A DNA stretch of 64,000 bases from Clostridia bacterium (GTDB lineage Bacteria; Bacillota; Clostridia; UBA1212; DUPL01), in contig JBMNIW010000012.1 in NCBI GenBank assembly GCA_050951325.1, forward strand, positions 192,001-256,000, written 5' to 3'. How positions within the stretch are numbered: position 1 is the first letter of the stretch; every line of letters begins with the position of its first letter. Both the position numbers and the translations under genes were made by a program. The notes below the pieces were generated by a model that was given only the letters and a program-made list of their open reading frames with translations, searched no databases and was not told the DNA's origin. Shown here piece after piece: positions 49,418 to 59,786 of this stretch.

Positions 49418-49423
49418 GCGAAA

Positions 49424-49834
49424 GTGATTTCCATAAAGAAAAGAACTGTCATAATACTTTTGACCTCCGCAGCAACAGCGTTCTTGGTTCTTCTATATTT
49501 CTTTGAACCTGTAAAAGGGGGAATATTTCCACCCTGTCCTTTCAATTACCTTACCGGTCTGTACTGCCCCGGATGCGGTTCATTGAGAGGACTCCACTCA
49601 TTACTACATGGAAATTTCCTGAAAGCCATGGATCACAACATTCTGATGGTGCTCTCTTTGCCATTGGTCTTTTATCTATATCTGATGGAGCTTGATCTGT
49701 ATATAAATGGAATGCCGCTTATAAAAAAGCGGCATTTTGGTAAAACCTTTTACACAATCATCATAACAGTAATTGTAGCTTATTGGATATTGAGAAATAT
49801 AAACGCTTACCCATTCATCATATTGGCACCGTGA
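49424..49834 (+). CDS. DUF2752 membrane protein
   Basis: CPF..LTGLYCPGCGSLR; C-terminal WILRN. Confidence 0.85.
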   Translation: MISIKKRTVIILLTSAATAFLVLLYFFEPVKGGIFPPCPFNYLTGLYCPGCGSLRGLHSLLHGNFLKAMDHNILMVLSLPLVFYLYLMELDLYINGMPLIKKRHFGKTFYTIIITVIVAYWILRNINAYPFIILAP

Positions 49835-49845
49835 CAGGTACTTTT

Positions 49846-51573
49846 TTATGCACTTTGGGATTTTGATAATCTTCTATACAGACCATCCTGCTGCATGAGT
49901 TCTTCATGGGTTCCTCTCTGAACAATTCTACCTTCTTCAAGAACAAGTATCAAATCCGCATTCTGAATTGTGGACAGTCTGTGCGCAATTGCAATTATTG
50001 TTCTCTTTCCTGCCAGTGAGGCAATTGCCTTCTGAATTTCTCTTTCCGTTTCCACATCTACAGAGGCGGTTGCTTCGTCAAGAATAATGATGGGTGAGTT
50101 TCTAAGAATTGCTCTTGCAATGGCCACTCTCTGCTTCTGACCTCCGCTCAGTCTAAGACCCCTTTCCCCAACCTGTGTCTGGTATCCATCTGGCATCTCC
50201 ATAATGCTGTTATGTATCCTTGCCGCTTTCGCCGCATTTATAATCTCATCCATGGTGGCATCAGGTTTCGCATAAGCAATATTCTCCGCCACAGTTCCAT
50301 TGAACAGGAAAGTATCCTGCAATACCGGTGCTATATTATACCTCAGACTGTTTAGAGTTACATCCTTTACATCAACGCCGTCAATCAGTACTCGACCTTC
50401 AGTTGGATCGTAGAATCTTGAAATGAGCTGCGTCAATGTTGTCTTTCCAACTCCTGTAGGACCCACCAAGGCAATCATCTGTCCAGGCTTGGCGTCAAAG
50501 AATATGTCTCTCAAAACCATTCCGCCTGTCTGGTACTTGAAGGATACATCCTCAAAAGTAATTCTGCCTTTTACATCCTTAAGCACAACTGCATTTTTGG
50601 CTTCCTTGATTTCTGAAGGGGTATCCAGAACAGCCATTACTCTTTCAGCACCTGCATACGCCTGCTGCATTTCCTCTAGCACTCTGGCAAGTGATGATAT
50701 GGGTGCGTAGAACAGAGACAAATAGAGCAGAAACGCAATTATGTCCGAAACGGACAATCCCCATGCATGAGCGAACATTCCGCCTATACCTACAACAATT
50801 ATGGTTCCTGTTGATGACAGGAACTCAACTGATGGATGGAATATTCCGCTTAAGTTAAGAGCGTGAAGGTTTGCTTTAGTGTATTCCTTTGCTTTCTGTC
50901 TTACCTGGCTGGACTCATATTCCTGTTGGCAGAATGCTTGTATTTCGTGTATTCCTGAAAAGTTGTCCTGCAACTTCGCATTAATTTCAGCCTGGTATTT
51001 CTGTGCTGCCCTAAAATTCGGTCTTACCTTCTTTGCATACAACCAACCTGCAATCAGTATAAAAGGAATTGGAATAAAGGTTAAGAGCGCAAGTCTGTAA
51101 TTTATCGCAAGCAGCATTACCATTACGCCAATTACGGTCACTGCATTTGTTAGCATTTCAGGTATGATATGAGCGTATAATAGCTCAAAGGTCACAGTAT
51201 CATTAATAACCCGGCTCATCAGGTCTCCTGTCTGCTTATCGTGGAAAAAACTCATGGACAGCCCCTGTATATGGTCATATATTCTAACCCTTATATCCTC
51301 CACCAGCTGCCAGGCAGCCTTGTGCGCCAAAAAGTTTGCCAGGTATCTGAACAAGACTCTGAGCAGATACAAAGCAATCAGTATAAATGTTAGTTTTAGA
51401 ATCACATCAAAATAGTCCTTGCTTTCCCCGCTTTCAACTATGCCTGTCATCCTTGTAAGTATCTTTGGAGCGGCAAGGTTGATGATGGTCAGCGAAAAGG
51501 TAGAAAAAATGGCAATAAAATAAAGGCCTTTGTATCGTATAGCTTCTTTTCCTAGTCTCCAGAGAAGTTTCAT
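49846..51573 (-). CDS. ABC exporter with fused TMD and NBD
   Basis: TGDLMSR, GPTGVGKTT, LSGGQKQR, LDEATASVD. Confidence 0.93.
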   Translation of the reverse strand: MKLLWRLGKEAIRYKGLYFIAIFSTFSLTIINLAAPKILTRMTGIVESGESKDYFDVILKLTFILIALYLLRVLFRYLANFLAHKAAWQLVEDIRVRIYDHIQGLSMSFFHDKQTGDLMSRVINDTVTFELLYAHIIPEMLTNAVTVIGVMVMLLAINYRLALLTFIPIPFILIAGWLYAKKVRPNFRAAQKYQAEINAKLQDNFSGIHEIQAFCQQEYESSQVRQKAKEYTKANLHALNLSGIFHPSVEFLSSTGTIIVVGIGGMFAHAWGLSVSDIIAFLLYLSLFYAPISSLARVLEEMQQAYAGAERVMAVLDTPSEIKEAKNAVVLKDVKGRITFEDVSFKYQTGGMVLRDIFFDAKPGQMIALVGPTGVGKTTLTQLISRFYDPTEGRVLIDGVDVKDVTLNSLRYNIAPVLQDTFLFNGTVAENIAYAKPDATMDEIINAAKAARIHNSIMEMPDGYQTQVGERGLRLSGGQKQRVAIARAILRNSPIIILDEATASVDVETEREIQKAIASLAGKRTIIAIAHRLSTIQNADLILVLEEGRIVQRGTHEELMQQDGLYRRLSKSQSA

Positions 51574-51671
51574 CCTTAGCCTCCTAAAATTCTGTGTTCA
51601 GTATATTTTATCAAAGTATTATGAAAAAATCATCACAGAATAAGAAACCCGGCCTCTGGCCGGGCTTTTAA

Positions 51672-52880
51672 CTACACCTTTTTATACCAGTCCGCATATT
51701 TTGATGAGCAGGGCAGAGTTGCTTTTCCGTTTTCATCAGGAAAAGGCGACAGATCGTCATTTCTGCACTTATCCCTCTCTGCCTTGTTCCTAAAATCCGG
51801 TATTTTATACTCCGCTCCTCTTTCAAGCGAGCTTCTCCATGCCAGAATTCCCACTGCAGACATGGAAACAGCCTTGTACACATCAAAGTATGGTTTGGTG
51901 CCTTCCTTGATATTATTCAGAAAATGATAGATCACCCAGAAGTCTCCTCCACCGTGACCTGCCTTTTCAGCAAGCTCCTTGTGGGAAGGCCATTCAGGCT
52001 GATATGTCCTTTCTGTCTCCTCTCCCTCTGGTGTGTTCCAGGGGTTGTACGCAAGCCTTACAAGATTTTGATTGCCCCTTATGGATTCTGCACCACCCTT
52101 TTCACAGGCAAGTCGATACCAGTTGCCATGCGGGCCAAAGCTAGCACTGCCGGTCACCCTGAACAAAGCACCATTATCCATTTCAACCAGCATAATGGAA
52201 ACCATGTCACTTACCTTTCTTATACCTGTCTTTACAAGCATTTCATCAAAAAGCTCCGAGTGAACACTTTTTGCATTGACATAAACAGGCATGGTATCCG
52301 TTATCATCATCAAAGGAGCAAGGGAATGGGTAAGATAATATGTGCGCGGCAGCCATGCCCTCCAATGCAGTGAATTTGGGGTCAGGTATTTTGCCTCATT
52401 TATGTTCATGGGATGAACATATTCGCCTTCAGCATAAATGACTTTGCCCAGCGTGCCGCCTTTGTAGATTCTTTCAAGCTCCTGGTTGCACAGCATGTAT
52501 GGATAGTTTTCTGCAAGAGCATAAATTGCACTTGAACGCTCCTGTGCTTCAACAAGCTCCACGCACTCCTTCAAAGTGCCTGCTGCAGTAGTTTCACTAA
52601 GTACATGGATTCCCTTGTCCAATGCCCTTACTGCATAGGGTGCATGTTCATGGAAGTAGTTGCACAAGATAACAGCATCCATTTCAAATTCAAAAAAATC
52701 ATCCACATCAGTGAAAAACCGGGTGTCTTCCTCACACCACTGCTTTACATGTTCCAGCATCTGTTCGTTCTTGTCGCATACTGCACAGCAATATGCCTCT
52801 TCCTTGAAATGCTTGAGAAGACTTATGAAAGACTGTCCTCTCCAGGCACCGAAAACACCTATCTTTATCCTCCTGTTCAT
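51672..52880 (-). CDS. Gfo/Idh/MocA oxidoreductase (GH109-like)
   Basis: HVLSE, AENY, EGEYVH, YLTHSL, GHGGGD. Confidence 0.85.
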   Translation of the reverse strand: MNRRIKIGVFGAWRGQSFISLLKHFKEEAYCCAVCDKNEQMLEHVKQWCEEDTRFFTDVDDFFEFEMDAVILCNYFHEHAPYAVRALDKGIHVLSETTAAGTLKECVELVEAQERSSAIYALAENYPYMLCNQELERIYKGGTLGKVIYAEGEYVHPMNINEAKYLTPNSLHWRAWLPRTYYLTHSLAPLMMITDTMPVYVNAKSVHSELFDEMLVKTGIRKVSDMVSIMLVEMDNGALFRVTGSASFGPHGNWYRLACEKGGAESIRGNQNLVRLAYNPWNTPEGEETERTYQPEWPSHKELAEKAGHGGGDFWVIYHFLNNIKEGTKPYFDVYKAVSMSAVGILAWRSSLERGAEYKIPDFRNKAERDKCRNDDLSPFPDENGKATLPCSSKYADWYKKV

Positions 52881-52941
52881 TTGTATCCTCCTCGCATTTT
52901 TTTACATTATACATCACAAGACCCAAAATTCAAGTCGGTAA

Positions 52942-54120
52942 CTAATATCCTTCCTCCACAAGTCTTGGACATTCTTCAAGATTTCTATAAGCTTTTATGT
53001 ACTGCTTCATCCACAGATAATACTGATCCCCATGTCCGCCTTCCATTGGCTCAATATCACGGCTGTATTCCTGATTGTAGTTGTCAACGAATCTGGAGTT
53101 TCCAAATTCATCAAGAAACCTCTGTGCCGTCCACTCGTTCCACCATGTAATCGTGATGACCTTTGGCCTAAACTTGAATGCACGCTTCCATTGCTCATAG
53201 AAGAATATGCCATGATTTCTACCATGAGCCGTAGGCTCTGTCATATATGTCTCCTGGGTTGCCACACAAACGCACATTTGCTCAACATAGCCATCCTCGT
53301 CTTTCGATGGAACATTGGTTATATTCAAAAAACTCCATTCAGACACGCCAGGCATCGGGTTAAGTCCACCCATCTTCCTAATTGTAAATTCTGCAGGCAG
53401 GTCACCAGGTATTCCTGTAACTAGATGCAAAGGTTTTCCTTCCCAGTAAACCCAGCAATCCTTGTACGTTTCATCCTTGTAAAACTCCTCATAGGTGTAA
53501 TCCACCACACCCCATCCAATGTGTTCGTTTGCACCGCTCCAGAATACCATACAAGGGACTTTCTTTCCCTCTTTTCTCATCTCCTGCATTACTTCCAGGA
53601 TTGCCTTGCACGGTATGGAGACAAACAGTTCCCAGTCACCGCTCTCAACCCAACCGGGGTTTGCGTTCGTATTGTCGATGATTATAAAATCCACACCAGC
53701 TTCACCAAGCCAGACCATGTGCTGCCTGATGACATCCTTGTCATGACTTCTGTAGTAACCAAGAGCGGGCTTTCCCCAGTAGTGAAACTGGGTTACACCG
53801 CCCCACTCCTGCCTTCCTGCAAGTATTTCAGATATGTTGGGCGGATTCGGCTCATCATCACCCTGCCCTAGAATCTTCGTAAACCACGTCGAATAGCAGA
53901 TGGATATTACATCCACCTTTTTCGTTATGTCCAGTCCATACGGGACTTCCTTGTATCCTTTATACTTCTTCTTTAGGTGCTTTAACATTGCTTTTCTCAT
54001 TGCCTCATGACTGTCACTATCCTGTTGACATCCAAGAATGAACAAAACCATTACAACAACAAGTATAAGAGTTATTACTCTTAAGCCTCTTTTCAAGTTA
54101 ATCACTCCTATCGAAATCAA
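52942..54120 (-). CDS. GH99/GH71-like glycoside hydrolase lipoprotein
   Basis: Lipobox ILGC; PALGYYRS.D..VIRQH, WWNEW, DIEP. Confidence 0.7.
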   Translation of the reverse strand: MISIGVINLKRGLRVITLILVVVMVLFILGCQQDSDSHEAMRKAMLKHLKKKYKGYKEVPYGLDITKKVDVISICYSTWFTKILGQGDDEPNPPNISEILAGRQEWGGVTQFHYWGKPALGYYRSHDKDVIRQHMVWLGEAGVDFIIIDNTNANPGWVESGDWELFVSIPCKAILEVMQEMRKEGKKVPCMVFWSGANEHIGWGVVDYTYEEFYKDETYKDCWVYWEGKPLHLVTGIPGDLPAEFTIRKMGGLNPMPGVSEWSFLNITNVPSKDEDGYVEQMCVCVATQETYMTEPTAHGRNHGIFFYEQWKRAFKFRPKVITITWWNEWTAQRFLDEFGNSRFVDNYNQEYSRDIEPMEGGHGDQYYLWMKQYIKAYRNLEECPRLVEEGY

Positions 54121-54186
54121 TAACCCCTATGTCATATTATCATATTTAAACTCTTTAAAATCAAGATAATATTTTTTAAACAGGTA

Positions 54187-54217
54187 TTGACATTAACGTA
54201 GCGTAAAGGTGTAAACT
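54187..54217 (+). promoter_or_regulatory. MerR-type promoter with 19-bp spacer and Mta-like dyad
   Basis: TTGACA-TTAACGTAGCGTAAAGGTG (19 nt)-TAAACT. Confidence 0.8.
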
Positions 54218-54248
54218 ATATTTGCACGGTACAAAGTGGGGTGATTTT

Positions 54249-55007
54249 ATGGAATATACCGTACAAAAACTTGGCCAGATGGCGGGAATCAGCTCAAGAA
54301 CCATAAGATACTATGATGAAATCGGGCTTTTGAAGCCAAAGAGAATAAATTCATCAGGTTACAGAATTTACGGAGAAAGGGAAGTTGACCAGCTGCAGCA
54401 AATCCTTTTCTACAGGGAATTGGGCTTTAGCCTTGAAAGCATAATGGAGATTTTGGAGTCGCCTGGTTTTGATGATTTGAAAGCTTTAAAAGAACACAGG
54501 GAAAGGCTTGTTGAAAAAAGAAACCAAATTGACCTGCTTATCAATAATGTGGAGAAAACAATTTACTCAAAAGAAAGGGGAGTTAAAATGAAAGACAAAG
54601 AGAAGTTTGATGGTTTCAAGAAAGACCTGGTAAACGAAAACGAAAGAAAGTATGGTAAGGAAGCAAGAGAAAAGTACGGAAATGAAACTGTGGACAAATC
54701 CAATCAGATGTTTCTGAATATGTCCCAGGAAGAGTACGAGAGGTTCCAAAAGCTTACTGAAGAGGTTCAAAACCTCTTTGAACAGGCGTATAAAGAAGGT
54801 GGTCCCGATTCGCCAATTGCCCAAAAAGCCTGCGAAAAACACAAGGAATGGCTTCTGTTCTCATGGCCAAGTTACTCAAAAGAAGCGCACAGAGGTGTTG
54901 CCCAGATGTATGTGGATGACGAAAGGTTTGCTGCGTACTATGAGAAGAATATAAAAGGGTTAGCAACCTTCATGAGGGACGCCATATTCATCTACACCAG
55001 CAAATAA
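54249..55007 (+). CDS. MerR-family regulator, Mta/TipA-like
   Basis: RTIRYYDEIGLL, GYR.Y, LQQILFYRELGF, MYVDDERF. Confidence 0.92.
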   Translation: MEYTVQKLGQMAGISSRTIRYYDEIGLLKPKRINSSGYRIYGEREVDQLQQILFYRELGFSLESIMEILESPGFDDLKALKEHRERLVEKRNQIDLLINNVEKTIYSKERGVKMKDKEKFDGFKKDLVNENERKYGKEAREKYGNETVDKSNQMFLNMSQEEYERFQKLTEEVQNLFEQAYKEGGPDSPIAQKACEKHKEWLLFSWPSYSKEAHRGVAQMYVDDERFAAYYEKNIKGLATFMRDAIFIYTSK

Positions 55008-55013
55008 AACACA

Positions 55014-55038
55014 AATAGCGGACTTTACGTCCGCTATT
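55014..55038. terminator. Hairpin between convergent genes
   Basis: AATAGCGGAC-TTTAC-GTCCGCTATT. Confidence 0.7.
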
Positions 55039-55053
55039 CTGCTTCATCATTTA

Positions 55054-55677
55054 TTATCCACGTACTGGACTTCCACAATACTCGCACTCACTAACCACGC
55101 CTGCTGCAACAGCATTGTTCGCACCACAGCCAGAACAACGCACTGTTACTACGTTCCTTGCATTAACAGGACGTGCTCCTTGCCCCTGTGGTCTTTGATC
55201 TTTTGCTACAACTATACGTCTTATATGATTTATATAATAGCCATTAAGATACCCTTCGCTTATCATTTCCTGTAATTCTCTTATTACAACAACATAAGGG
55301 AGTCTTACAGTATTAGCAATAGCATCCACGTTGTAAACACTTTTGTTTTGTATAAGATCTATGTATTTAGTATATCTTGTAAATGCTTTCTTAACTTTGC
55401 GAACCTGATGCAATATTACAAAACCACCAACGAGAGTTGCAACAGCATATGGAAGTAAACCTATCTCATATTCACCCAACGGATTAGCAAAAAAGGCTAA
55501 AAAAGCAAGTAAGCCTATTATGATTAAAAACCATGCAAAAGCTGAATATACACCTGTTTTACCAGTCATCATTAATGATTTGTCATTCAGTTTCTTAATT
55601 AGCAAAACCAATCCCACAGGCCAAAAGCAAGCAAACCAGAATATAATCCAACCCCAACTTGTTCCTTTTTTGCTCAT
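55054..55677 (-). CDS. 3-TM protein with winged-helix-like region and C-terminal zinc ribbon
   Basis: FWPVG, hydrophobic segments, LQEMISEGYL, CSGCGA...CEYCGS. Confidence 0.7.
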   Translation of the reverse strand: MSKKGTSWGWIIFWFACFWPVGLVLLIKKLNDKSLMMTGKTGVYSAFAWFLIIIGLLAFLAFFANPLGEYEIGLLPYAVATLVGGFVILHQVRKVKKAFTRYTKYIDLIQNKSVYNVDAIANTVRLPYVVVIRELQEMISEGYLNGYYINHIRRIVVAKDQRPQGQGARPVNARNVVTVRCSGCGANNAVAAGVVSECEYCGSPVRG

Positions 55678-55679
55678 GT

Positions 55680-56138
55680 TCAGAATCCTCCCCTTTTAGG
55701 CCTGTCATATTCTCCACTATCCAACTTCTTCTGTGTTTCCACATTTTTGTTTCGAATATGTTCTGAAGCAAGAAATATTATTATTGCTGTAATGATAAAC
55801 AGCGAATGTATAATAACCTGAAGCAAAATAAAACCATTTAGATTTTTTTCAAAGGCCTTGCTGGCAATCAAACCGACAATAATAGCTGTTAAATATAACG
55901 TGGTTGCGGAAGAAAGACCAAATGAGTAAAAAACAGCATTCCTACGCTTCTTTGGTAATAGAATAGTAATCGCCGCCAGCATTGAAACTGCAAGCGAAAA
56001 CAACAATGACCCAAACCCCCAGTAACTAAGTGCAACCTTCTCAATATCTAATAGGAAAAAACCAGCAACTACAACCAAAACAACAATAGCAAAAATACAA
56101 ACAGTTAATAAAATACCCCTATTCATTATCATCACCAT
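55680..56138 (-). CDS. 4-TM hypothetical membrane protein
   Basis: Four hydrophobic segments; overlaps or abuts both neighbours. Confidence 0.7.
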   Translation of the reverse strand: MVMIMNRGILLTVCIFAIVVLVVVAGFFLLDIEKVALSYWGFGSLLFSLAVSMLAAITILLPKKRRNAVFYSFGLSSATTLYLTAIIVGLIASKAFEKNLNGFILLQVIIHSLFIITAIIIFLASEHIRNKNVETQKKLDSGEYDRPKRGGF

Positions 56139-57342
56139 TCACTTTCCTACCACAATCAGGACAATACCTTAAGTTGTCATTTAGCTCAAAACCACAGGAA
56201 GAACATTTTTTTATCAGTACGTTACCACAATTGGTACAGAACCTTTGCTTGTCTTCAACCTTTTCGCCACATTTACTACAAAGCTTTATCAGCGTGTTTC
56301 CGCAATTACCACAGAACTTAATTCCCACGTTATTACTGGTTCCACATTTTGAACATTTAATCGTGTTCTTAGACGCACTTGTATCTTTGCCACAAGACGG
56401 GCAGAATCTATACTCAGTGTTGATTCGCTCGCGGCAATGAGGGCATTCCTTTGTTTCTTTTGTATTTATATTCTTGCCAATATCACCAAAGGCTCCACCA
56501 ACGTTGTTGCCAAGGCCAACGCCCATTCCCAGACCCAATCCCGCTCCCATCACGCTTGCCGATGTCGAGCCAGGATTAGTTGCAGCACCTTCCAATGTAT
56601 CGAAAGATCTCTCCTGTGTGTAGGAGTAACCGATTATATCCATTTCAGCTTTCTTGGCCAATGCATCCTTCAGTTTTATAACTGCTGAATCGTCCTCAGG
56701 AACACTAATGTCATTCACATAAAAGTTAACCAGTTCTATACCATAGTCATCAAACGTAGGTACTATGCTTCCCTTCAATGACTCGGATATTTCGCTAATA
56801 TATGCATTTATCTCCAGCGCCGATATTTTTTTCATTATAAGATATTCGGATATGCCGTCTTTAACTTCAGTCAGATAAGCGCCTCTGAAGTATCTTATCA
56901 TGTCTTTGGCAGTAAAGGTATGTAACGTTCCCACAAGTTTTTTAAGAAATTTCTTGGCGTCCGTTATTCTTATTCCAAATTGCCCATGTGCCCTGACAGG
57001 TATAAAAACATTGTATTTGGGATCTTGCAACTGAATAGGTGTAGGTGTTCCCCATTTAACATCAAGAGTGTTTACTTTGTTCACAAACCATACTTCGGCA
57101 GTGAATGGAGACTTGCCTTTAAAGGGTAGATTTACAAGTTTACTCAATAGTGGAATGTTCGCCGTTTCCAAGGTGTGCCTTCCAGGGCCGAACCAATCCA
57201 ATGCCTGTCCACCTTTGAACAAAATGGCTTCCTGCGATTCATTTACGATCAACTGAGTCCATGTGCCCAGCTCCGTATCCGGATATTTCCACGCATAAAT
57301 ATCCGGCGAACCATCATACTTAACAACTTTTGCTACTGCCAT
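56119..57342 (-). CDS. SPFH/Band-7 (YdjI-like) protein with four C-terminal zinc ribbons
   Basis: QLIVNESQEA, GRHTL.T.NIP, KWGT; GMGVG glycine-rich linker; four CxxC...FCxxCG units. Confidence 0.85.
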   Translation of the reverse strand: MAVAKVVKYDGSPDIYAWKYPDTELGTWTQLIVNESQEAILFKGGQALDWFGPGRHTLETANIPLLSKLVNLPFKGKSPFTAEVWFVNKVNTLDVKWGTPTPIQLQDPKYNVFIPVRAHGQFGIRITDAKKFLKKLVGTLHTFTAKDMIRYFRGAYLTEVKDGISEYLIMKKISALEINAYISEISESLKGSIVPTFDDYGIELVNFYVNDISVPEDDSAVIKLKDALAKKAEMDIIGYSYTQERSFDTLEGAATNPGSTSASVMGAGLGLGMGVGLGNNVGGAFGDIGKNINTKETKECPHCRERINTEYRFCPSCGKDTSASKNTIKCSKCGTSNNVGIKFCGNCGNTLIKLCSKCGEKVEDKQRFCTNCGNVLIKKCSSCGFELNDNLRYCPDCGRKVNGDDNE

Positions 57343-57461
57343 TATTGCGTCACCTCTGCATCATATATTCTCTCATCTCTGTTGTCAGGATGATGACTGT
57401 TTACTTTACCCATACTAGCATAATATTAACAGGAACGCAATATATTGTTCATGGGATATCC

Positions 57462-59660
57462 TCAGTTTGTGCCAAATACTTTTAGCTCAAATATCGATAT
57501 CCCGTATGGAGTTGCAAAATCCAGGGAAGTTATTCTCGCATAGCGACCCCTTCCATTTACAGTTATATAATCAAGACCAGCTTTCGTATCCTTTCTCTCT
57601 GTAATTTTTGTCCACACCTCTCCATCATCCGACAATTCAATGATATAAGTATTGGGACATGCCGTCTCCCAGTAAACACAAACAGCATCTATATTGTAAC
57701 TATCCTCAAGGTCAACAATAACCCACTCCATTCCATTTGATCTGGCGGTGTCAACGCTTGCCCATCTTGTACTGCGTAAACCATCTACAATATGTGAAGC
57801 AGGCCAGATTTCTTCATCATATGCCGATGAGACTGTCACCTTTTTATTAAACGCCAGGTTGTCAGGCAGGAGTTCTCCGAAAACATTAATATCTGAGTGT
57901 TCTGTAATGTTATCTGCAAATATTCTCACAAACCTTGCAGGTTCGTTTTGCTCGGACCAATTTGTTGCATTTAATGAAAATTCCACCCTTCGAATTTTGG
58001 CTCCCGCTTCAACTCTGTCTATTTTATAAATCTGCCCCAGGTCTATTTCAACATACCCCTTATTATAATTCCTGCTTATATACTCAATCTTCTTGTAAAT
58101 ATCAATTTGAGTCTTTACTCCTGTATATCCTGGAGCATGGCCCACCATATTCATAATCTTTTTGAATTGTCCGTAGTATTCGACAATTCTTTCGGAACCC
58201 CAGTTCTTCTGAGCAAGAGCTCTGTAAATTGCATAAAGAGATGTGTAAAGTTCCTCTTCCGTTTCACTATCCGGCTTATCGCACCAAAGCTGTATCTTGG
58301 CACCCACATTCTTAGGTTCGTCCTTGAGCATTTCATAGTTGACAAATATATATGGGTCAAAGTTTTCATAAATATCGTCGGGTTTGGCACTTGCCCAGTC
58401 GACGCCTAGTACATAGTACAGTTTGCTTGTATTTGAGTTGCCTACTGTATAACCCATTTTGATAAGATTTGATGCAGAATAAGTTTTGGAATTGGTAAGC
58501 CATACATCCAGAACTATGTCTGTATCAACCTTTATAGTGCCGTACGGTCCCAGACCGTCATTCCAGATGCGCGTTGTTTTTCCATGCTTCTTTACTATCC
58601 CGTTTGCAAAGTTTATAAATCCGTAGTAAGCGTCTATTGCCTTTGCCTTGCTGCCGTATTTCTCTTTTGCGTAAGCTTCAAGTTTCGGATAGTTTGAATA
58701 CTCATCAATAGGTATGTACTCATCAGCCCCTATGTGAAAGTATTCTCCTTCAAACATGGGAACAAACTCATTCAGAAGATTTTCCACAAATTCATACACT
58801 TCAGGGTTGGTCAAATCTATTCTTGTATGATTGTAATTCCCGTTTTTATCTTCAAGCTGCCACTCAGGATAAACTTTTGTAACAGATGCCATGTGTCCGG
58901 GCATCTCAATCTCAGGTATCACAGTTATATTGTATCTTTTGGCAAACTCTATTATCTCCTTTATTTCTTTCTTGGTATAATGTTTGTCCGATACAATCTC
59001 AGGATAACTCTCGCACTCAATCCTGAAAGCTTCATTATCGGTAAGGTGAAGGTATAAATAATTGTATTTTAGATATGACAGCTCCCTTATATGGTTCATA
59101 ATATACTCCACAGAAAAGTACTTTCTTGCCACATCAATCATGGAGCTTCTTTCCCTGTATTCAGGATAATCTACAACTGTCATTTCCTTTAAAATATAGC
59201 CTTGGTTCAGCCACTGAAGCAAGGTGCGGGTTCCCCAGAACACTCCCTTTTCCGAGTTGCCGCATATCTTGATGTAATTCTTCCGAACTTCAATGACATA
59301 TCCTTCCTCTCCAATGTCGTCCCTGTCACAGTCAAGCGTCAGGAATATATTGCCTTTGCCCGGATGAGTTCCTGGTGCTGCCTGCATATAATATCCGCAC
59401 AGAAGCTCCAAATCTTCTGCAAATACCTTTGCCTTCTCCCTCAACTGCTTTTCATATTTCTTGTCAAAAACGACATCACAAAATGGAGTGAACTTATACT
59501 TCAATCCGGACTCGATATAGCCTATGTACTGAACACTAGGAATTGAATAGCATTTGCTTTCCATATCAACACGTTCATCCAATTTGAATACATATCTTAT
59601 TGGTACAAATATTGATAAAGATACAACAAAAAGCATCATGCTTGCAATTAATCTTTTCAT
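57462..59660 (-). CDS. GH20 beta-N-acetylhexosaminidase or lacto-N-biosidase-like enzyme with F5/8 (CBM32) domain
   Basis: DVARKYF, HLTDNE, PEIEMPGH, HIGADE; NLAFNK...TRWAS; likely start MKRLIAS at 59660. Confidence 0.85.
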   Translation of the reverse strand: MKRLIASMMLFVVSLSIFVPIRYVFKLDERVDMESKCYSIPSVQYIGYIESGLKYKFTPFCDVVFDKKYEKQLREKAKVFAEDLELLCGYYMQAAPGTHPGKGNIFLTLDCDRDDIGEEGYVIEVRKNYIKICGNSEKGVFWGTRTLLQWLNQGYILKEMTVVDYPEYRERSSMIDVARKYFSVEYIMNHIRELSYLKYNYLYLHLTDNEAFRIECESYPEIVSDKHYTKKEIKEIIEFAKRYNITVIPEIEMPGHMASVTKVYPEWQLEDKNGNYNHTRIDLTNPEVYEFVENLLNEFVPMFEGEYFHIGADEYIPIDEYSNYPKLEAYAKEKYGSKAKAIDAYYGFINFANGIVKKHGKTTRIWNDGLGPYGTIKVDTDIVLDVWLTNSKTYSASNLIKMGYTVGNSNTSKLYYVLGVDWASAKPDDIYENFDPYIFVNYEMLKDEPKNVGAKIQLWCDKPDSETEEELYTSLYAIYRALAQKNWGSERIVEYYGQFKKIMNMVGHAPGYTGVKTQIDIYKKIEYISRNYNKGYVEIDLGQIYKIDRVEAGAKIRRVEFSLNATNWSEQNEPARFVRIFADNITEHSDINVFGELLPDNLAFNKKVTVSSAYDEEIWPASHIVDGLRSTRWASVDTARSNGMEWVIVDLEDSYNIDAVCVYWETACPNTYIIELSDDGEVWTKITERKDTKAGLDYITVNGRGRYARITSLDFATPYGISIFELKVFGTN

Positions 59661-59786
59661 ATCAACAACCACCTGAGCGTATTTTATTGCATTAATTTTA
59701 TCACAAGACAAAATCATTGTATACTCAAGGCAAATATTGTATACTAGGAGCATAAGATACAGCAAAAGCGAACGGGAGTTGATGAC

